A stretch of 20,276 bases of DNA from a virus: the UHGV virus genome UHGV-1757948. One strand, written 5' to 3'. The notes under the pieces are model-generated. The model was not told where the DNA came from. It made no database searches and saw only the letters and a list, made by a program, of their open reading frames with translations. Positions 15,261 to 20,276 of this stretch are shown here, in pieces (the stretch's first letter is position 1; every line of letters begins with the position of its first letter). The translations under genes were made by a program, and so were the position numbers.

Positions 15261-16162
15261 TGCTTCATATTTTTAAGTTTGTAACTATTCTCATTAAGCC
15301 ACTTTTGGAAATACCATAACTGACCGCATCCGCCACCTATATCGTCTTGCCCTGCCGGGTTAAATACTCTCGTATTAAAACCTACGTCATTCATCTTTGA
15401 ATTAAAGTCACGGATTAAGTCAAGTTGTCGCTGTATTGATGAATGTACACTTTCATCCTTTTCGCAAATAACAGACAAAGTGACCTCCCATATATCAGGG
15501 TTAAATAATTCAGAGAGCCTCATAGCATCTTCCATATCATTATTCCCGACATGTACGCAATAATTAAAGAAAGGCTTTCTTCCGACATAAGAAGCCCAAA
15601 ACTCACCCGTAGAAGCTATTTGCCGAAGTGTTGACGTATTCGTTGCTATAAGTTTCTTCCTTTTTTCATCTGTACTTTCATGTACTGAAAATTGAAGACC
15701 TACTTTATCTATTTCTTTCGATAGTGCAATAAAATCAGACATGTATAAATACATCATGTGAGGGGCAGAAGTGCTTACAAGAAGTTGTGCGTTTGGATAT
15801 TTCACATGTAGACTTTCTATTGCAGGCTGCAATGCCGAGTAGTTGTAAAAAGGCTCTCCCATGCTCATAAACATAATTTGGAACTTTTTAATGTCATCAG
15901 TGCGGCAATCAATAGTAGATAATGCCCCATCAATCTGTTGTATTATTTCGTCAGTAGAAAGATTTCTGACAAAAAATTTGCCTGTTCCGCAGAAAGAACA
16001 TCCAACTGGACAACCGCTTTGAACCGAACAACATATAACTGTCCTTTTTTTGTATTCTCCATATCTATAAAGAACAGTTTCAGCAATAGCATTTGGCTTG
16101 TCCCACTCAAACACGAATTTCTTTACATTCGTATCACTTGATTCAAATACTTTTGTTTTCAT
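15257..16162 (-). CDS. RlmN/Cfr-family radical-SAM methyl synthase lacking the N-terminal domain
   Basis: VICCSVQSGCPVGCSFCGTG compares with E. coli RlmN LCVSSQVGCALECKFCST. FMSMGEPFYNY compares with MMGMGEPLLNL. LLVSTS and LQFSVHES are also present. The C-terminal DDIGGGCGQL compares with DDIDAACGQL. RlmN comparisons are from memory. Confidence 0.85.
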   Translation of the reverse strand: MKTKVFESSDTNVKKFVFEWDKPNAIAETVLYRYGEYKKRTVICCSVQSGCPVGCSFCGTGKFFVRNLSTDEIIQQIDGALSTIDCRTDDIKKFQIMFMSMGEPFYNYSALQPAIESLHVKYPNAQLLVSTSAPHMMYLYMSDFIALSKEIDKVGLQFSVHESTDEKRKKLIATNTSTLRQIASTGEFWASYVGRKPFFNYCVHVGNNDMEDAMRLSELFNPDIWEVTLSVICEKDESVHSSIQRQLDLIRDFNSKMNDVGFNTRVFNPAGQDDIGGGCGQLWYFQKWLNENSYKLKNMKQ

Positions 16163-16368
16163 TTGCCGTATGTTTTTGTTTTCTTGGGTTTGTAACTATC
16201 GGTTTCTTCGTCCCACTCCACGCAGTCGGGGCAGTAGAGTTTGCCGTCGATTTCTTCCCAATCGCACATCTTCGCCATATACCTTGCCATACCTTCACTA
16301 AATTCATAGCCATGCTTACTTCCGCACCCGTCGCACACGGCTTGGTACATCGTCACTTTCTGTTTCAT
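16159..16368 (-). CDS. Small zinc-ribbon protein (69 aa)
   Basis: It has CDGCGSK and CPDC motifs. Its stop overlaps the radical-SAM ATG in an ATGA at 16159-16162. Confidence 0.7.
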   Translation of the reverse strand: MKQKVTMYQAVCDGCGSKHGYEFSEGMARYMAKMCDWEEIDGKLYCPDCVEWDEETDSYKPKKTKTYGK

Positions 16369-16370
16369 AA

Positions 16371-16652
16371 TCAGTAATATCTTATTACATCTTGATTCAT
16401 TAAAGCTTTCATAAAAGACTCCTTTTCTTCATCTGTGGCTTTCCTTACATTCGCACCCCAACAGAAGTTTCCCCATCCCGTACTTTTCTTGATTATACCG
16501 TCATTCCATCCAATCAAAATGCCGTATCCGTCACCATCTACATATCCGTTATGGATGAATACCCTTTGATTTTCGGGGTGGTATTTCGCAGATTCTTCAT
16601 TTGTTGGAATTCCATATAGGAACTCACCCACGTTATATTCACTTCTTTTCAT
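16371..16652 (-). CDS. Hypothetical protein (93 aa)
   Basis: It has an ATGA overlap with the upstream gene at 16649-16652. The C-terminal RKATDEEKESFMKAL echoes HPATEAEKRRLFDAL in the 18233-18649 product, so the two may be distant paralogues. Confidence 0.7.
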   Translation of the reverse strand: MKRSEYNVGEFLYGIPTNEESAKYHPENQRVFIHNGYVDGDGYGILIGWNDGIIKKSTGWGNFCWGANVRKATDEEKESFMKALMNQDVIRYY

Positions 16653-16855
16653 ATCTTTACATATTGGCTACACGCCTGTTGGTTGCACTTAACTTTCTGT
16701 AAACAATTGAACGTGCGGTTACTCTTGCGCACACGGCAGTAGGATATTACTTTGCTTCCACATTCCCACCGCTGGCGGTGAATACAAGTGCGGCACGTTT
16801 CTAAGGTTGATTCTTGCGGCTGAATGGTGTCAGCATTGCTAAATAAATCACTCAT
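16649..16855 (-). CDS. Small Cys-rich protein (68 aa)
   Basis: It has 7 Cys, including CRTC and ECGSKVISYC, and ATGA overlaps at both ends. Confidence 0.65.
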   Translation of the reverse strand: MSDLFSNADTIQPQESTLETCRTCIHRQRWECGSKVISYCRVRKSNRTFNCLQKVKCNQQACSQYVKI

Positions 16856-17673
16856 AGCAGATCCTTTGCTTCTTCAATCAGGTCACCAAATGTGTCTAAG
16901 AACTGGTCGCGGACTTCGGGGGTGGGGAAAGCCAATATCCGGCTCACCGTCCAATAAGAGTTCTTTTCTTTCTTATTTGCTTTGTAACTAATGCAATATT
17001 TCATTTTATCATCCGTCCAATACGGCTTCCACCCCAATTGCTTCCACCAGGCGTTGCGGCAGACGAGAAGCTGGCAGAGGGCGAGCATGGGCTTGCCGAG
17101 ACCTTGCGGCAACATGTTTCTGTCGCTATCACCAAACAGACGTCCGTCATCGGACAATTCGCTTATACTGCATTTATAAACTTCGCTATCTTCTTCTATC
17201 AATTCCACGTCATTGATGCTACACAGGCATTTCAGCCACGTCTTGGGCAACCCTTTCTTCTTCTCTTTCAGCACGATGTTGCCTCGTTCGTCCAGGTGGT
17301 CGAACTCCCAGCCGTCGGGGACTGTAATTGTCTTTTCGTTTGTTTCCATATCTTCTTTGTTTTGTTGTTTAACTTCGATGTCTACGGTGTTGTTGACTGC
17401 GTTGTAGTATGCGAACGGTTCTTTGGACAGGACAACAGGGAATTTCACTCCTGCATACCGCTGCACAATGTGGTCGTAAAGAGGGTAAGGGTCGCCGACG
17501 GGTTCGAGCTTCTTGCATTTCGCTTTCACCCAACAATCTCTATTTCCATAGAAACTTGCACAATTTAAATCTTTAAATGATGCACAATCTTTGCAATAAT
17601 CATACATATCATCTTTCACGCACTGGTACCACTCTCCGTTGTGCTCAAATATCTCTCCTATCTTCCGTTCCAT
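16852..17673 (-). CDS. Hypothetical protein (273 aa) with a Cys-rich N-terminus
   Basis: It is a long ORF. The N-terminus is YQCVKDDMYDYCKDCASFKDLNCASFYGNRDCW. I recognise no family. Confidence 0.75.
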   Translation of the reverse strand: MERKIGEIFEHNGEWYQCVKDDMYDYCKDCASFKDLNCASFYGNRDCWVKAKCKKLEPVGDPYPLYDHIVQRYAGVKFPVVLSKEPFAYYNAVNNTVDIEVKQQNKEDMETNEKTITVPDGWEFDHLDERGNIVLKEKKKGLPKTWLKCLCSINDVELIEEDSEVYKCSISELSDDGRLFGDSDRNMLPQGLGKPMLALCQLLVCRNAWWKQLGWKPYWTDDKMKYCISYKANKKEKNSYWTVSRILAFPTPEVRDQFLDTFGDLIEEAKDLL

Positions 17674-17675
17674 AG

Positions 17676-18230
17676 CTATTCTTGTTCTTGTTCGTTGTTT
17701 TCTTGCTTGTCATCTTCCTCTTCCTCATTGTCGGACATGAAGTAGGCCACGTCGTCAAAGGGGATGTTCTTGCGCTCCTTTTCGATTTTCACCGCCAAAA
17801 CATTTTTGAGGATGAAGTCTTTGAGGTCGGTGTAGTCGGAGGGGATGTAGCCGTTTTCCAAAATACGGATGTAAGCGTCGTCAATGTACTTGTCGATGTC
17901 GATGCGCGGGTGTTCCTCGGCAAGCTCTTTCTTGGCTCGGATAAGGCCGAGCAGGAGGGCATTCTTCTTTGCGCGGTAAGCCTTGTTCTTGGATATGTAG
18001 CGTATGTCTGCTATCTCGCGGTGCGACTCGATGGCGCACTCTATCCTCGCCTCGGATATGGCGCATTTGACACCGCTCTTCTTTTGGAGGTAATAGTGCC
18101 AAATTCCCCTGTCCTTATGCAGGCTTCGGGTGAGCAGCCTCGCACAGGCTATCCGTCCGTTGTGGAAGCGGACGAACAGGTGGTGAGGAAAGTCGCTGTC
18201 CGTGAAGACTTGTGCCTTTAATTGTTTCAT
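17676..18230 (-). CDS. Hypothetical protein (184 aa) with a strongly acidic C-terminal tail
   Basis: It is a long ORF. The C-terminus is FMSDNEEEEDDKQENNEQEQE. I recognise no family. Confidence 0.75.
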   Translation of the reverse strand: MKQLKAQVFTDSDFPHHLFVRFHNGRIACARLLTRSLHKDRGIWHYYLQKKSGVKCAISEARIECAIESHREIADIRYISKNKAYRAKKNALLLGLIRAKKELAEEHPRIDIDKYIDDAYIRILENGYIPSDYTDLKDFILKNVLAVKIEKERKNIPFDDVAYFMSDNEEEEDDKQENNEQEQE

Positions 18231-18232
18231 AG

Positions 18233-18649
18233 CTATTCTGCCTTTGAGTTTTTGAAAATGTCACGTATCTGCCCGGCTACCTTTTCGGCTGCCTCACGGG
18301 TGCGGAAGTAGTTGCCTACGTCATGCAACACCATGTCAGACCGTTCTCCATAGTCCTTATATTGGAGGGTTGTAAAGTCATTGTTCACAATGTAATACAG
18401 ACCACCTTTCTCCGCCCTCCACCTCGGCAAGTCCTCGATGCACTTCTTCTCGGCGTTCCACCGCTTGCCCTGTTTGGCGAGAGCGTCGAAGAGGCGTCGC
18501 TTCTCTGCTTCGGTGGCGGGGTGGTAATAGTCGGTATACCCCCAACCTTCCTCACTGAAAACCGTTTGAAGACGTTGCCCGTGAAGTGCTGCGTAAGTCA
18601 TAATGCCTCCAATCTTATTAGTCCCGGCATAGATGGCGATTGTATCCAT
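18233..18649 (-). CDS. Hypothetical protein (138 aa from ATG 18649; the track starts at GTG 18664)
   Basis: ATG 18649 follows the TAA (18656-18654) of the upstream small ORF by 4 nt, whereas the GTG start would overlap that ORF. Confidence 0.7.
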   Translation of the reverse strand: MDTIAIYAGTNKIGGIMTYAALHGQRLQTVFSEEGWGYTDYYHPATEAEKRRLFDALAKQGKRWNAEKKCIEDLPRWRAEKGGLYYIVNNDFTTLQYKDYGERSDMVLHDVGNYFRTREAAEKVAGQIRDIFKNSKAE

Positions 18650-18653
18650 ACCG

Positions 18654-18788
18654 TTAAATTTCACCGTCTTTCGGCATGTAGCTCTTTACCAATCCAACGG
18701 TGACATTGAGTGTACCGTTGTCAACTTTAGCGTCAATTGTTCCCACTCTCGCGCCTTTCGGCAGCGTAATCCTGTATGTCTTTTTCAT
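18654..18788 (-). CDS. Small hypothetical protein (44 aa), below the ORF-track cutoff
   Basis: ATG is at 18788-18786 and TAA at 18656-18654. My translation is MKKTYRITLPKGARVGTIDAKVDNGTLNVTVGLVKSYMPKDGEI. It fills an otherwise empty gap in a tightly packed operon. Confidence 0.45.
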   Translation of the reverse strand: MKKTYRITLPKGARVGTIDAKVDNGTLNVTVGLVKSYMPKDGEI

Positions 18789-18815
18789 TTTCACTATTCT
18801 TTTAATTTACATTAA

Positions 18816-18953
18816 CTAACTATCCCTACCCCACTTCCACGCGGATATAAGGGCTCGGTAGACCATCTGCTTCTCATCCCTGTCGCAGAAGTCGAACGAT
18901 GCCGCCAGCTTAACGAGCCACAAGGAAGACGATGGGTGTGCTGTCTGTGTCAT
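18816..18953 (-). CDS. Small hypothetical protein (45 aa), below the ORF-track cutoff
   Basis: ATG at 18953-18951 lies 5 nt after the upstream TGA (18961-18959), and TAG is at 18818-18816. My translation is MTQTAHPSSSLWLVKLAASFDFCDRDEKQMVYRALISAWKWGRDS. Confidence 0.4.
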   Translation of the reverse strand: MTQTAHPSSSLWLVKLAASFDFCDRDEKQMVYRALISAWKWGRDS

Positions 18954-18958
18954 GTCAA

Positions 18959-19675
18959 TCAGTCCTCCCTCACTTCTATAGGCTCACCGTCAACTAACTT
19001 ATACCAAGTGTCGGACTTTATTGTCTCTCCGTCTACCTTGAATGCCTTGACATCCTTTATAGGATACGTTTCTCCGTTCCAACTGTCACGTTCCGTAAGG
19101 ACTATCCAGCAGCCGAGAGCACCTTTCGCCTTGCTGCCCTTGCCTGTCACTATGGCAACAGAATCCTTACCATCAACACTTGCGGCGGAGCAGTCGCCCG
19201 TGTTGGTGGCGGCTGACCTGTAGCCCGTGTTGGTAGCAGCGGAGCAGTCGCCCGTGTTGGTGGCGGCGGAGCAGTTGCCCGTGTTGGTGGCGGCTGACCA
19301 GTCGCCCGTGTTCGATTGTTTATTATCATCCCATTTTACATGGTCCATGATGAACTTGACTCCTGCTTTAATCAGTCCCTGTAAGCCTATTTCGGCTTTG
19401 ATTTTCAAATGGGTACAACATATTTTATCAGGTTTAGACTTGTCAAAATCACCGCTGCCTTCAACTTCACAAAACCTGTTCGGTGTTCCCGTTTCGTCGC
19501 ACGGAGCGTAAAAGCCCAGCACATCCATAGGGCATTCGCAATAATGGAAACCGGTATTGCAGGCGACCGCCTTGTCTGTTGAATACTCCTTGCCGACTTC
19601 GTACTGGAAGCCGCGGCACTTCAGGTCTTTGTCAAAACCTTTATAGCCATGAATCGTTTCTGTCTCTTTTTTCAT
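18959..19675 (-). CDS. Conserved phage protein with a YKGF..D..CRGFQYE N-terminus (DUF7666-like) and a central 9-aa tandem repeat
   Basis: The N-terminus HGYKGFDKDLKCRGFQYEVGKEY...GFHYCECPMDV matches a widespread phage/plasmid family of unknown function (family name from memory). The centre is five TNTG-x-x-SAA repeats. Confidence 0.8.
   Translation of the reverse strand: MKKETETIHGYKGFDKDLKCRGFQYEVGKEYSTDKAVACNTGFHYCECPMDVLGFYAPCDETGTPNRFCEVEGSGDFDKSKPDKICCTHLKIKAEIGLQGLIKAGVKFIMDHVKWDDNKQSNTGDWSAATNTGNCSAATNTGDCSAATNTGYRSAATNTGDCSAASVDGKDSVAIVTGKGSKAKGALGCWIVLTERDSWNGETYPIKDVKAFKVDGETIKSDTWYKLVDGEPIEVRED
19181..19316 (-). repeat. 5 x 27-nt in-frame tandem repeat
   Basis: The plus-strand unit is GCGGCGGAGCAGTCGCCCGTGTTGGTG. 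Copies start at 19182, 19209, 19236, 19263 and 19290, with a few substitutions each. They encode (S/T)NTG[DNY][WCR]SAA. Confidence 0.9.
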
Positions 19676-19687
19676 AGTTTTGAATTT

Positions 19688-19870
19688 TCATTTGTTACGC
19701 AACTGTATGAAGCCGTCGGCTTCGTATTTTTTCAGTTCGGCAAGTCCGTCATCCGTAACGGTGACGATATTCTCTCCGTTTACCGTCATGCCTTCTACGA
19801 TGCCGAACCGCTGCCGGATATTGTCTATGATGCGGGCGTTCTCCGTCACCCAGTAGATTGTAATTCTCAT
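19688..19870 (-). CDS. Small hypothetical protein (60 aa from ATG 19870; the track starts at 19978)
   Basis: ATG 19870 is preceded by AGGAGtcaat, an SD-like sequence with a 5-nt spacer. The 19978 start would overlap the upstream gene by 20 nt. Confidence 0.6.
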   Translation of the reverse strand: MRITIYWVTENARIIDNIRQRFGIVEGMTVNGENIVTVTDDGLAELKKYEADGFIQLRNK

Positions 19871-19958
19871 ATTGACTCCTGTTCTTCGTTTTCTACTTGC
19901 GCTATCGCGCGGAATATCTCGTAAACAACCTGTGGCACCATTGCGTTGCCCAACGCCT

Positions 19959-20276
19959 TTATGGATTCTGCCCGCCATCGAGGAAAGGTGATACCAGCCA
20001 GTCTGCCGGGAAACCCATCATCTCCTGTACAAACAAGGGATTGAGTCGGGAAGTCGCGCCATCGGCTTGCGGGCAGTTCTTCATAATTTCCGCCACAAGC
20101 CCGTGCCTGTTCTTCTGTGACGGTGGGAATGTGGAGTTTTTCCCGTTGGTCGCCTCCGGTGTCGGAAGCAGTCCGTGGAAATCCATGTAATCCATCAGAC
20201 CGTTCGGTCTTGTCTCCCCGTTCGCCCTGCTGTGGAACGTGTCGCCGCCCGCCGCCTTCAAATCCTTTACCCTCCC
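19959..20276 (-). CDS. C-terminal fragment of a larger protein, 5' end beyond the window; resembles the tail of phage DNA-methyltransferase-type proteins
   Basis: The frame stays open to nt 20276, and the track start at 20261 is a TTG inside the frame. HGLLPTPEATNGKN and RLNPLFVQEMMGFPADW resemble the LPTP.A.D and LNP.FVEW.MG.P.GW motifs seen near the C-termini of many phage Dcm-like methylases. No catalytic motif is visible in the fragment. Confidence 0.55.
   Translation of the reverse strand, partial: GRVKDLKAAGGDTFHSRANGETRPNGLMDYMDFHGLLPTPEATNGKNSTFPPSQKNRHGLVAEIMKNCPQADGATSRLNPLFVQEMMGFPADWLVSPFLDGGQNP

Noticed and set aside
14065-16162. The PP-loop ATPase plus radical-SAM pair interpreted as QueC/QueE of a 7-deazaguanine (archaeosine/preQ0) DNA-modification pathway.
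   Set aside because: The motifs fit the PAPS-reductase family (RWCC..FK, IGCxxCP) and RlmN/Cfr (GCxxxCxFCxTG, MGMGEP-like, C-terminal CGQL), not QueC or QueE. No FolE, QueD or DpdA-like genes are present.
19181-19316. The 27-nt tandem repeat considered as a CRISPR array or other non-coding repeat.
   Set aside because: The units are contiguous with no spacers and in frame within a 238-aa ORF, where they translate to a clean 9-aa repeat. No cas genes or leader are present.
1-20276. A search for tRNA, integrase, attachment sites, transposase and CRISPR, to define prophage ends or mobile elements.
   Set aside because: Reading both strands, I found no cloverleaf-like sequence with a T-loop GTTCGAATC-type motif, no tyrosine or serine recombinase motifs, and no long direct repeats. 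Prophage boundaries cannot be placed from this window.

Overview
I read this window as a mosaic tailed-phage or prophage segment. The host is probably Gram-negative and Bacteroidales-like, but that is a soft call. It rests on one TAnnTTTG-type promoter box, AT-rich and mostly SD-poor start contexts, a lipoprotein gene, and the general look of the proteins.

Layout:
- **2-8489 (+):** end of the late operon. It holds a giant tail-fibre gene that is open to the left window edge, a low-GC receptor-binding cassette (fibre proteins, a LamG lectin-like protein, a CBM5/12-like protein), three small membrane proteins, and an Amidase_3 endolysin.
- **8490-10490 (+):** a low-GC, self-contained two-gene cassette with its own promoter-like box and terminator. 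It encodes an unknown protein of about 198 aa and an XRE-HTH::ImmA/IrrE (HEXXH) fusion. The first gene is bracketed by a perfect 15-bp inverted repeat.
- **10493-11002 (+):** a lipoprotein-like gene.
- **20276 down to 11005 (-):** a roughly 9-kb, very tightly packed operon of 24 called genes (including the right-edge fragment) that converges on the plus-strand genes. Many junctions are 4-nt ATGA overlaps.

The minus operon contains a methyltransferase-like C-terminal fragment (cut by the right edge), a DUF7666-like protein with 5 x 27-nt tandem repeats, several small Cys-rich proteins, YopX, a MazG-like NTP pyrophosphohydrolase, and the most unusual pair. That pair is an N-terminally truncated RlmN/Cfr-type radical-SAM methyl synthase next to a PAPS-reductase-family PP-loop ATPase.

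I found no tRNA, rRNA, CRISPR array, integrase, transposase or reverse transcriptase. All family assignments come from motif recognition by eye, with no database search, and G+C statements are spot counts only.
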